Source: Methylacidiphilum caldifontis (lineage in GTDB: Bacteria; Verrucomicrobiota; Verrucomicrobiia; Methylacidiphilales; CAMAQI01). Taken from it: a stretch of 64,000 nucleotides of DNA. Every line of letters starts with the position of its first letter. The stretch's first letter is position 1. The stretch lies in the NCBI GenBank assembly GCA_945877805.1, contig CAMCSM010000003.1:1295-65294 (forward strand). Direction: 5' to 3'. This document shows, in pieces, positions 16,912-25,993 of the stretch. The notes under the pieces are model-generated. The model worked only from the letters and a program-made list of their open reading frames with translations. It ran no database searches and was not told the DNA's origin. The position numbers and the translations under genes were made by a program.

Positions 16912-17367
16912 TTATCCTTTTTTATTCGCTTCGTTGGTTACCACTGAAAAGGTAATACTTGAAATCTGCGCCTCAGCACAGGCCTTCATCACTTGAGAGA
17001 CATAACTATACTGCGCCTCTTTATCGGCGCGGACTAAAACTCGCATTCCTGGATCGGAATCCGATTTCGTCTTCAAAAAAGCGACCGCTTCTTGAGGAGT
17101 ATTATATTGCTTTTGATCGATTTCAATCTCCCCCTTATTGGTGATTGGATCCCAACTTAAGTTCACCACAACTTGAACAACGTTCTTTGCTTTGTCTTTT
17201 CCATCTTTAGCGACAGGCAGTTCTAATCCTTTGACATTTCGAAGAATCTCGGAGGTCGTAATGCTCATGAAGAAAATCAATAAGACCAACAAGACATCGG
17301 CCATCGGTGCCACCTGAAATTCAGGATCAGCCTCTGGCTCTGCATGTTTAATCTTTCGACGTCCCAT
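16912..17367 (-). CDS. exbD: ExbD/TolR family biopolymer transport protein (second paralog)
   Basis: MADVLLVLLIFFM TM helix. LVRADKEAQYSYVSQVMKACAEA typical of ExbD. Confidence 0.8.
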   Translation of the reverse strand: MGRRKIKHAEPEADPEFQVAPMADVLLVLLIFFMSITTSEILRNVKGLELPVAKDGKDKAKNVVQVVVNLSWDPITNKGEIEIDQKQYNTPQEAVAFLKTKSDSDPGMRVLVRADKEAQYSYVSQVMKACAEAQISSITFSVVTNEANKKG

Positions 17368-17394
17368 AAATATTCTCGACGCTCGTTAAAGCAA

Positions 17395-18195
17395 TTAAGC
17401 CTGTTGTTCTTCAGTAAAAACTTCAGACCCATATTCACCAATACGAATTCCAGAAAGTTGATCGTAAGGAATATCCTCTAATAAACGATAGACCACGGAG
17501 TCCGCACGTAAACTGGCCGTTTGAGCCTTTCCTTTTAAAATATAAAAGAAAATGAAGGCAGGGATCGCCACGACGAGTCCTGCCGCGGTCGCCACTAAAA
17601 CCTCTCCAATATTTCCAGCCAGCTTAGAGGGATCACTAATCCCCGATTGTCCCAAGGTCGCAAAGGCCTTAATCATTCCGACGACGGTTCCTGTTAACCC
17701 TACCATTGGAGAGATAACTCCGATAACCGAAAGATAAGTGGTATTCGTTTTTAAAATCGTTGCTTCGACAACAGAGTTTTCCTGAATCGCAAAGTCAACC
17801 GAATCTTTGCTTCGACCAATCCGCTCCAAGCCGGCCGATAATAAAGTCGAAAGATAACAGGGGGAGGTCTGACAAAGCTGCCAAGCCTCTTGATAATTTC
17901 CGGAATGAATCAGCTCTTTAAGTGAAGCAACCAGCATCGGAGGAGCTAACTTAGCGACCCGTAACTTCACAAATCCTTCAACCGTAAAGGCGACAACGCA
18001 CATCGACATCGCCACACAAAACCACATCACCGCCCCTCCCTCATGGAAGATATCTTTTGCGCTTTTTGCCCCTTTAGTCGCCCCTTCTCCTTCGAGAGCC
18101 TCTTGAGCAACGATCGTTGATGAAAAAAGGATAGTGGCAAAGCTCACCGCAAGTAACCATTGATTGAATTGACGGAACAGAATATTGATTTTCAT
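17395..18195 (-). CDS. exbB: MotA/TolQ/ExbB proton-channel protein
   Basis: SVIGVISPMVGLTGTVVGMIKAF...IGEVLVATAAGLVVAIPA core motif. Confidence 0.8.
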   Translation of the reverse strand: MKINILFRQFNQWLLAVSFATILFSSTIVAQEALEGEGATKGAKSAKDIFHEGGAVMWFCVAMSMCVVAFTVEGFVKLRVAKLAPPMLVASLKELIHSGNYQEAWQLCQTSPCYLSTLLSAGLERIGRSKDSVDFAIQENSVVEATILKTNTTYLSVIGVISPMVGLTGTVVGMIKAFATLGQSGISDPSKLAGNIGEVLVATAAGLVVAIPAFIFFYILKGKAQTASLRADSVVYRLLEDIPYDQLSGIRIGEYGSEVFTEEQQA

Positions 18196-18197
18196 TT

Positions 18198-18941
18198 TTA
18201 ACGCACCACGAGTTGAGGGTTTTGATTGCGAAGCTTTTTTGCCAGCTCCTCGGCTTGACTGACGATATCGACATTTTGATAGAAGGAGGTCACCGTGGTC
18301 AAGTAACTTTCAAGAGCCCCCTCTAAATCGTTCTTCTTCTCTAAAATCTTTCCTTTCACCAAAAAGACCTCTCCATACAACCGACCCTCTTCAGCTGAGG
18401 GGGCGGCTGTCTTATTGGCCTCCTCGATCAAAGGATCTAAAAGTTTGAGGGCCTCATCATAACTTCCCGAGGCAAGGGCCCCTTTTGCTTTTCCTACGTT
18501 CGCCTTAATTAAATATTTAGATCCCGGGAAGAGTTGTTCGATCTGTGCATAAATAGAGTTCGAGTCAGCGATCTTCCCCGTTGCCGTATAAGCATCCGCT
18601 AAAGTCCCCATCGCATCGACAATCCAATCGGCAGGAAGCCCTTTGAATTTTTTAACTAACGGCTCTAATACCAAGATAACATTGGCAGCATCCGATCGAT
18701 TTAAATTTAATACTTCGGAGGGAGTGACCATCTCAATCTTTTGAATCGATGCAATCGGAATCGGAATTCGCCCCTTGCCAGATCCTACAGCAACCTCGAC
18801 CGATACATTCGCCCCATCAGCTCCGACAATGGTTCCGACTTGTTGTTTGTCGCTCTTTAAATAAATCGTATCCTCAGCAATGATTGCCTGAAAAGACAAC
18901 AAAGTAAGCATCGCTAAAATGATTTTAGGACAACTCATCAT
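18198..18941 (-). CDS. Secreted TPR-like protein, first gene of the ExbBD operon
   Basis: Signal peptide MMSCPKIILAMLTLLSFQAIIA. C-terminal helical repeats. 2-nt gap to exbB. Confidence 0.45.
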   Translation of the reverse strand: MMSCPKIILAMLTLLSFQAIIAEDTIYLKSDKQQVGTIVGADGANVSVEVAVGSGKGRIPIPIASIQKIEMVTPSEVLNLNRSDAANVILVLEPLVKKFKGLPADWIVDAMGTLADAYTATGKIADSNSIYAQIEQLFPGSKYLIKANVGKAKGALASGSYDEALKLLDPLIEEANKTAAPSAEEGRLYGEVFLVKGKILEKKNDLEGALESYLTTVTSFYQNVDIVSQAEELAKKLRNQNPQLVVR

Positions 18942-19102
18942 AAATATTAATAGGTCATCTTATTTGTTTTATAAAGCTTGTCAATTCATCCATTGCTATT
19001 TTTGTTGTTTAAGCAAATTTTTAAAAAAAATTAAAAATCTGACTTGTCGACTGAACTCCCATCCACTACTGCCTGTAAAATGAAACTTTCCAGAGGCCTC
19101 AT

Positions 19103-19528
19103 ATGATCCTCTCTTTTGATCCTTTTAAAAAAGGTCGAAAAAAAGGATTTACGCTTTTAGAGATCACGATCGCTCTCGCGACAGTCGTGATTATGCTCAC
19201 GGCGACACTCACCACCATCGACTCTTTTCGCACCGAACGAGGTCTCTCAGTGGGGGCTGAACTCCGAACCCTCCACTTGGCTCAGAAAAGTTTTCTCATT
19301 CAGGCCCTCGATCATCCAGGAACAATCGATTTAAGCTCCCTTTCTCTCACGGATCTTCAAACGGCGGGCTTGTCCCCGTCGAAACTCCCAGGAATCGAAA
19401 AAATCGGGGTTTCCACGCTGAGAGTCAATGTCATCCCTCCCCTCTGCACTTTAGATGGAACGCAAAAGGATCTGGCAAAAACAGGAAAAAACTCAGGAGA
19501 TCTTCTGTATGATATCGGTCCCGAATAA
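19103..19528 (+). CDS. Prepilin-type N-terminal cleavage/methylation domain protein (pseudopilin)
   Basis: KKGFTLLEITIALATVVIML class III signal. Confidence 0.7.
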   Translation: MILSFDPFKKGRKKGFTLLEITIALATVVIMLTATLTTIDSFRTERGLSVGAELRTLHLAQKSFLIQALDHPGTIDLSSLSLTDLQTAGLSPSKLPGIEKIGVSTLRVNVIPPLCTLDGTQKDLAKTGKNSGDLLYDIGPE

Positions 19529-20084
19529 ATACCGCAGAGCGGCTCCTCAACGTGCCTACTCCCTCATTGAGCTGGCGGTCGCCATCGCCTTGATTGGACT
19601 CCTCCTTCACTCCTCAACAACGCTAACCTCTTTTACAGGGCTTTTTTTTCGACGAATGAAGATTGCCTCTGATTACGAGTACCAAGTCGCCCCCCTGGAT
19701 CATCTTCAAAGAACCCAAGTACGACAGTGTCGATTGGCGGTCTATCCGGACCGAGCCACCGCGCTGACCGCTCTCGCGAGCGATCGAACGCCAACGGGAG
19801 CCGTACTTCGCTGTGATCGCTATGATGGAAATGGCTGGTTTCTTCTGGTTTGGGAGGAGGGTAGCAAAACTCTTTGGCTTGAACCGGGCAGTGACTCCTC
19901 ACTCTCGAATACGAATCACTCCTATCCGTTTGCAACCGTGAACTCCTTAACGTTTGATCTCTCTCAAGGGGTCCTTCAAACCTCAATTCAGATTCTCGCA
20001 GCAATGGATTATACGATGAAATCGAGCAACCCCTCACAACCGACTCTTATTGATTATGTCCTCGTCACGCAAAACTATTTCTAA
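19509..20084 (+). CDS. Pseudopilin-like protein
   Basis: QRAYSLIELAVAIALIGLLL. Start moved to the internal ATG at 19509, which overlaps the upstream stop. Confidence 0.55.
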   Translation: MISVPNKYRRAAPQRAYSLIELAVAIALIGLLLHSSTTLTSFTGLFFRRMKIASDYEYQVAPLDHLQRTQVRQCRLAVYPDRATALTALASDRTPTGAVLRCDRYDGNGWFLLVWEEGSKTLWLEPGSDSSLSNTNHSYPFATVNSLTFDLSQGVLQTSIQILAAMDYTMKSSNPSQPTLIDYVLVTQNYF

Positions 20085-21627
20085 AAAATCCTCGGCACTG
20101 ATGGCGACCCTGATGGTAATGCTCGGTCTCGCCGCCTTGATCGGATTTTCCTCCGAACAGGCGCTTCGATTTCTGGAAAGCCAACGAGCAGGATCTCTGG
20201 ATACGACCTTCGTTCAATTAGAGGAAACGGCCCTTCAATCGATGCAAACCGCTTACTATGAAGGATATCGATCGACGGCCTCCGACTCCACGGGATCGAA
20301 AATAATCACTTCTAGAGAGCTCGATCTGATGGTTCAAGAGGCCTTTGCTCGTTTAGGGGTCTCAGGAAGTTCCGGAACTCCGGTGACGATTCCTCATAGT
20401 TCTGGGAATTCCATTGAACTCTCCCTTCAGGCGAACTTTCCGCCCTCTGTCACCGAAATCGATACGCAAGCCTCAACCCCTTATGGCCCCATTCAAGGGA
20501 CCTATTCTTGGTTAGACGGGATCTCAGCCGTTCAAAAATCGATCGATATCACGCTCTCTCTCTCTGGAAAAAACTCTTTCTCTGGAAAAATAAGGAGCTC
20601 GATTCACACCTATCGACTGCTCCTGCTCGAAATTCCGGTCGAAAACATCTCTCTCAGCGCACTCGGCAATCTGACGCTTCCCAATATTGCGATTCAAGCT
20701 GGGAACGGCTATTTTGCTGGATCGATTCAAGGGGGAAATGGAGTCCAGTTTCAAAATCGGCTTATTTCTGGAGATCGCTCCAGCAGCGGAGTCACAGGAC
20801 CGACTGAGCCGGAGGGAAACAGAGGGGAATGGAGCGAAAGAGGCTATTCTGAAATCGTAACCACAAATACAGTCCGCAATCTCGATATCCAACGGGCTCC
20901 GGCCTTAGGAACGGCTCTCAAAACAAGCTACTATTTTCGAGAGGGCCTCGCCTCCCAATCAGGATTCAGCACGGCAGAGAAATCTCAACTCAAAGCCTTT
21001 CAGCCTTATTACCAAGTCCCGACGGCTCAACGGATCTATGGGGTTCACAATCCCGCAGCCTCCGAGGACTCTACTGCTTTGACCCTCATCTCAGGAAGTG
21101 GAGAGGAACAAAATAGTGCGACAATCCCTTCCTGGGCCTCGGTTCGTCTCGTCACCAATTCTACTCCGAAAGTTCAACTGCTCGTCGACCTCTCGCTGAT
21201 TTCTCCGGATGCCAATCAAGAGGTCAATCTCTTTATCGGAAGTCGCAATAACTCGATCACCGGACCGTTTACGCAAGCGGAGGTCGTTCTCCTTCCTTGG
21301 GAAAATATCCCCTCAGATCGAAAAATTACCGTGATCTCCCCTAATTCAATTGTGATTACAGGAAACTTTAATCAAGGAAGCGCTCCCGCTTCGGTTCATT
21401 TTTTTGCCAATCGTGTTTACTACGGAAGTGGCGCAAATAGTCAGGTTCAATTCGAAGGAACCTACTCAAACTATCAACAAAATCAAACAGGCTCCACCCT
21501 CAACTTTCAAGCGAGCGATGGCTCTATTCCGAGCAGTTCCTCAATCCAAATGAACTCCAGTGGAAATACCACAATTCATCGTCATCACCATTTTTACTAC
21601 TTAGTCCTAAAGTCAAAAATACCTTAA
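20050..21627 (+). CDS. Large minor-pilin/PilX-GspK-position protein with N-terminal TM
   Basis: N-terminal SALMATLMVMLGLAALIGF hydrophobic segment, Ser/Thr/Gly-rich body, position in the pilin gene row. Confidence 0.35.
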   Translation: MIMSSSRKTISKKSSALMATLMVMLGLAALIGFSSEQALRFLESQRAGSLDTTFVQLEETALQSMQTAYYEGYRSTASDSTGSKIITSRELDLMVQEAFARLGVSGSSGTPVTIPHSSGNSIELSLQANFPPSVTEIDTQASTPYGPIQGTYSWLDGISAVQKSIDITLSLSGKNSFSGKIRSSIHTYRLLLLEIPVENISLSALGNLTLPNIAIQAGNGYFAGSIQGGNGVQFQNRLISGDRSSSGVTGPTEPEGNRGEWSERGYSEIVTTNTVRNLDIQRAPALGTALKTSYYFREGLASQSGFSTAEKSQLKAFQPYYQVPTAQRIYGVHNPAASEDSTALTLISGSGEEQNSATIPSWASVRLVTNSTPKVQLLVDLSLISPDANQEVNLFIGSRNNSITGPFTQAEVVLLPWENIPSDRKITVISPNSIVITGNFNQGSAPASVHFFANRVYYGSGANSQVQFEGTYSNYQQNQTGSTLNFQASDGSIPSSSSIQMNSSGNTTIHRHHHFYYLVLKSKIP

Positions 21628-21724
21628 AAAAATATTATTTTTTACCCTTGTCTACTTTAATAAGAACTACTAATGGAATAGAAACAACTCAATTAAACCC
21701 AATAAAATCAACAACAAGGAGTCT

Positions 21725-22132
21725 ATGAAAATCAATCAAAATAAAAAACGCGCATTCAGTTTAATGGAACTTGCAGTTGGCATTGGGGTCGTTGGGATCC
21801 TTGCTGCAGTCGCTGCAATTCCGCTCACCCGTTACATTGAAGATGGGAAAGGAAATGCCTGTACCCAACAACTTGCAGAAATTAATCGAGCCACGATTAC
21901 CTATGTCTCGATCAATAATGTTTCTCAATCCGACTACAGTTCAACCGTCACCGCCAATGCGATTTCCGTTTATCTTGGCGGAAAGATCATGAATAGCGAT
22001 TTCAAATGCCCGATTGATGGCACTTATACTTTAGGAACATGGAGCGCAGGGGACAGTGGCCCTCAAGACCCTACTTGTAGCTGTAGTAAAAAAGATGTGA
22101 CGGCACGTCTTCATAGTCTCGGAAACCAATAA
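21725..22132 (+). CDS. Type IV pilin / major pseudopilin candidate
   Basis: KRAFSLMELAVGIGVVGILAAVAAIP. Own AAGGAG-type RBS and a 97-nt upstream gap. C-terminal Cys residues. Confidence 0.7.
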   Translation: MKINQNKKRAFSLMELAVGIGVVGILAAVAAIPLTRYIEDGKGNACTQQLAEINRATITYVSINNVSQSDYSSTVTANAISVYLGGKIMNSDFKCPIDGTYTLGTWSAGDSGPQDPTCSCSKKDVTARLHSLGNQ

Positions 22133-22184
22133 CGGTTTCTTCCTTTTTAAAGTCATTCTCCGTTTTTTCCAATAAAGACCACGC

Positions 22185-23339
22185 ATGAAAACTGTCCCCG
22201 ATGCTCAAGCGAAAGATCTCCTTCACCTCATCTTAACGGCATTAGTTGACCATGAAGGAAGTGACTTTCATCTTCGAACGTATCGGGTCCCTTTCTTGCG
22301 AATTCACGGGGAGCTTCAATCCAATCTCACCTCCAGTACGATCCCAACGGACGTATTGGAGGCAATGCTCAAGCTTCTTTTGATGATGCGATCTGCCGCT
22401 CACATGAGCGATCCTGATCTCTCCTCATTTTATGAAGATTTAAAACGACAGGGGGCCGCGAATTTCTCCTGTTCCTCTGAACTGCTCGGTGAGGATTTTC
22501 CAAAAACTCGCCTCCGGATTCATGCCTTTTTGGACTCCGAAGGGATCAGTATTGTCGGGCGAGTCCTGCGAGATGAGATCCCAACAGTCGAAAAACTTGG
22601 CTTTGATCCCGAAACGATCGAAAGAATTCAAAAACAGATTCAAAAACCGACCGGTTTAATTTTAGTCACAGGCCCCACCGGTTCAGGAAAGACAACGACC
22701 TTAGGATCCCTAATTCAATCGATCAATCTCTCTTGCCCAAAACATATTATAACCGTCGAAGATCCGATCGAAATTCATTACAGCCAATATTCTCCCCTGA
22801 TTGAAGGCTCTGAAATTTATCGCTCTCTAATCACTCAACGTGAAGTCGGTGTTCATACCGATTCCTTTCGTAACGGACTTCATGACGCGCTTCGACAAGA
22901 TCCGAATATGATCTTACTTGGTGAATTACGTTCGATGGAAACGATCGAAGCGGCCTTAAATGCCTCTGAAACAGGTCACCTTGTCTTCTCCACACTTCAC
23001 ACAAACGGGGGGTATAAAACAATTAATCGGATCGTCTCTGAGTTTCCTGCCGATCGACGGAATTTTATCTGCAACCAGCTTGCTGCGAATCTGAATTGCA
23101 TTATCAGTCAACGCCTTCTCCCGAGAATCGACCGTCCGGGACGGGTTCTTGCCTATGAATATCTTGAAATCACTGGTCCTGTTAAAGCGGCGCTGATTTC
23201 GGGGGATCCGGATCGGATTCCGAACTGTATGGATTCTAAAAATTCCTTTCGATGGAACGATAACCTTAAGGGACTTCATCAATCTCGGATCATCTCTGAG
23301 GAAGTTCTTCAAATGAATCTGATGGAGGAACAAGGATAA
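22185..23339 (+). CDS. pilT: PilT/PilU-type retraction ATPase
   Basis: GPTGSGKTTTLGSLI, MILLGELR, GHLVFSTLHTN. Confidence 0.8.
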   Translation: MKTVPDAQAKDLLHLILTALVDHEGSDFHLRTYRVPFLRIHGELQSNLTSSTIPTDVLEAMLKLLLMMRSAAHMSDPDLSSFYEDLKRQGAANFSCSSELLGEDFPKTRLRIHAFLDSEGISIVGRVLRDEIPTVEKLGFDPETIERIQKQIQKPTGLILVTGPTGSGKTTTLGSLIQSINLSCPKHIITVEDPIEIHYSQYSPLIEGSEIYRSLITQREVGVHTDSFRNGLHDALRQDPNMILLGELRSMETIEAALNASETGHLVFSTLHTNGGYKTINRIVSEFPADRRNFICNQLAANLNCIISQRLLPRIDRPGRVLAYEYLEITGPVKAALISGDPDRIPNCMDSKNSFRWNDNLKGLHQSRIISEEVLQMNLMEEQG

Positions 23340-23368
23340 AACTCACGATCCCTCTTGACGAGTAGGAG

Positions 23369-24937
23369 TTGGTCGACCACAGCAAAAATATGAGCTCGAA
23401 AAAACTGTTTCAAACTTTAAATCAGCAATCGATTCTCGATTCCAAATGTGGAATCCCCGCGGGAAAAGAGATCTCCTTTGCTCGAGATCAGGTTCGAATT
23501 GATCTCCATCCTCACGGATTTTCTTGGGGAGGCCTCCAAGGATCTCAATGGCGATCAGGGGGATTTGAGGTTGCTGATAGCTACGAAAATTCACTCCGTC
23601 TCCTTCAAGAGAAAATCGCTTCACGTTCACTCGTTTCGAATGGTCAAGTTTTGATTGCAAATCTATGGCCCACCAACATTCAAATTCAGCCGATCCATCA
23701 ACAGTTCTCACAAAAGTTTAACACGCTTGCAGAGCTTGATCTCACGGCACAAATCGCCCCCTCTCAACTCAATCTGACGCAAGGATTCATCTACCGAACG
23801 ATTGAAAAGAAAGCAGACCGGAGTATGGCGAAAAATGGGGATCTTCTCGGAATGCCCGTTGCTGGACTTGAAAGCGCCGAATCCGCCCTCCCTCGAATCA
23901 CGAAAGTCTCCCGTCACTGGGGAGCGCTTTCTGTATTACAAGTGATCATCAACCGTTTTTCAATGGAACTCCCAGAATCAGTTCTTATCGGAGTGATTGA
24001 CTCTCATCGAGTTCATTATTTTAGCATTCGCAAACTACAGCTGAGTGGATTGCGAAGCTCGGTTCGCTCGAGCCTCCGCGATACTGCCGATCTACACTCC
24101 ACGATCACGAGCTTGGGAAGTGAAACGGCCTGTCTTCTTTTTATCAATCTGACAACGGGTAGCGAAGATCTCCAACAGGTGCTCAGCGAATTGAAGAAAA
24201 ACAAAAAATGGACTGTCAGAACCATGGGGCGAACAGAACTGATTCAAGCCTTTCCTGACCTTCAAAGTTTTTCCAATGCCCCTCTTTTCCCGCTCTCTCT
24301 CTTAGTCGATCGATCGCTATCATCCGCCTCAGAAATTCAATCCCCCTCTTTCGTCACGCCCGCTGAGGCATTAGCCCCTCAGATCACCTCAGCACAGGGG
24401 AGTTTACTCAAGGCCTTTCGATTTTTTAAAATGATCGCATTTCTTTTTTCTTTCCTCTTTCTCTTAGTCGGTGGGTTCAAAATTTACAATCATCTCATCT
24501 CTCCTGAATGGACTATTCAACCGGAACAAGCGAGGGAAACGAAAATCCGTTACGATCAATTTATTCAGGACTCTCAAGAGTATCAAAAGAAATATAAGAG
24601 GCTTAAATCCTTTCCTCGATTCGATCTGATTGCTCAACCGATATTCCTTCCTGCTCCTCAGGGAATTACGTTAGAGGAAATTAAGTTTTATTCGAAACCG
24701 ATTCCTAAAAACTTAACGGATCAGATTTTTGAACTTTCGATTCAAGGAACAATGCTTAACGGAGATCTCCTTAAACTTCGTGACTATGCCACTGAACTGG
24801 AAACCAAAATCCAAGAAAACCTTTCCGAATTTACAGTCACCGTCAACGACAGCGGCCTCACCGAAAAAACAAACTCCTCCGGAGCTACTCTTCGACTCAA
24901 TGTCAAAATAGAATCAAAAAATCATGGATCCATTTAA
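23369..24937 (+). CDS. PilM/PilN-position protein: cytoplasmic domain, single TM and periplasmic domain
   Basis: TM helix MIAFLFSFLFLLVGGFKIY at about two thirds of the length. Gene order. The start could instead be 23390. Confidence 0.35.
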   Translation: MVDHSKNMSSKKLFQTLNQQSILDSKCGIPAGKEISFARDQVRIDLHPHGFSWGGLQGSQWRSGGFEVADSYENSLRLLQEKIASRSLVSNGQVLIANLWPTNIQIQPIHQQFSQKFNTLAELDLTAQIAPSQLNLTQGFIYRTIEKKADRSMAKNGDLLGMPVAGLESAESALPRITKVSRHWGALSVLQVIINRFSMELPESVLIGVIDSHRVHYFSIRKLQLSGLRSSVRSSLRDTADLHSTITSLGSETACLLFINLTTGSEDLQQVLSELKKNKKWTVRTMGRTELIQAFPDLQSFSNAPLFPLSLLVDRSLSSASEIQSPSFVTPAEALAPQITSAQGSLLKAFRFFKMIAFLFSFLFLLVGGFKIYNHLISPEWTIQPEQARETKIRYDQFIQDSQEYQKKYKRLKSFPRFDLIAQPIFLPAPQGITLEEIKFYSKPIPKNLTDQIFELSIQGTMLNGDLLKLRDYATELETKIQENLSEFTVTVNDSGLTEKTNSSGATLRLNVKIESKNHGSI

Positions 24938-25436
24938 AAAATCACTCCTTGTTCACGGCTTTCTGATCCCCCTGGTTCTCACGATCATTGTCACGATCGG
25001 AATGAATACCGTTCAAGCCGATATCCAACGACAATATCTTCGTAAGAAACTGGTTTATGATGAGATGAAAAAGCAGGAATCGATTTTACAACAGGGGGCG
25101 AAACAAAGAGAACTCCTGAATCAAGAGCTCCCAAAAATTCGCTCCTATTTTCAACCGACTCAGATCACTCAGGCAACCGCCACGATCGCTGCCCAATGCT
25201 CCGATGAAAAAGGACTCAAACTCGGAGATCTCAAGCAAAATGCGGCGAGTAGCGCCACAAAATCAATATCCCATCAATTAAAACTGTTCGGTCGCTCCTC
25301 CCCTCTTTTAGAGGTCTTGGGTGAGGCGCAGGTGATTCATCCCGCCCTCCAATTCGATCAATGGTCGATTGCGCTCCAAATCGATCAAAAAATACTCCTC
25401 TTTCAAGGAACCTTACAACTTGCGGGGAATCCATGA
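24924..25436 (+). CDS. Bitopic PilN/PilO-like pilus alignment protein
   Basis: N-terminal TM LLVHGFLIPLVLTIIVTIG followed by a coiled coil. Overlaps both neighbouring genes. Confidence 0.35.
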   Translation: MDPFKKSLLVHGFLIPLVLTIIVTIGMNTVQADIQRQYLRKKLVYDEMKKQESILQQGAKQRELLNQELPKIRSYFQPTQITQATATIAAQCSDEKGLKLGDLKQNAASSATKSISHQLKLFGRSSPLLEVLGEAQVIHPALQFDQWSIALQIDQKILLFQGTLQLAGNP

Positions 25437-25993
25437 CGAAAACCACTCTCTCCCTTCTGTTCATGGGAGTCCTCCTTCCAGCAGCGACGGCCCCCCTCAC
25501 CCCCGAAATCAATCCCCTGACTCCGCTGATGAGTTTTGAGATACCGCCGATTAAAAAACTCTCCGATCAAATCACGAATGACTCTTTTGGACTGCTCTCA
25601 CGAGGGAGTTTGACTCTTAAAAAAGAGATTGCGGCTGGGGAGAAGATCAAGCCGATGATTACCCTAGCTGAGGTGACCGCAGGATTGAAACTTTATGGAC
25701 TTTTTCCTGATCAGGAGGCGATTGTGAATTCAGTCCTCTGGAGGATAAACGACCGACTCACCGTTCGCTTTCAAAATCATGATTATCTCCTTTTTCTGAA
25801 AGAGATCACCGATCGTTCGATCAAAATTGGATGGCTCGAAGACCCCTCCCTCTTTCAGCTCTCCCTTCCAACTCCCTCATCCGACGGAATGATGGAACAG
25901 CCAGAACAAATTGAACCGCAAACCTCAGAGTCAATGCTTGTCCTTGAATCTGTAGAGAATCGTTCAACCTTAAAATTACATGAGAAAAAATAA
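25433..25993 (+). CDS. Secreted protein in the PilP position
   Basis: Signal peptide MTKTTLSLLFMGVLLPAATA. ATGA overlap with the upstream gene. Start moved from 25361. Confidence 0.3.
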   Translation: MTKTTLSLLFMGVLLPAATAPLTPEINPLTPLMSFEIPPIKKLSDQITNDSFGLLSRGSLTLKKEIAAGEKIKPMITLAEVTAGLKLYGLFPDQEAIVNSVLWRINDRLTVRFQNHDYLLFLKEITDRSIKIGWLEDPSLFQLSLPTPSSDGMMEQPEQIEPQTSESMLVLESVENRSTLKLHEKK

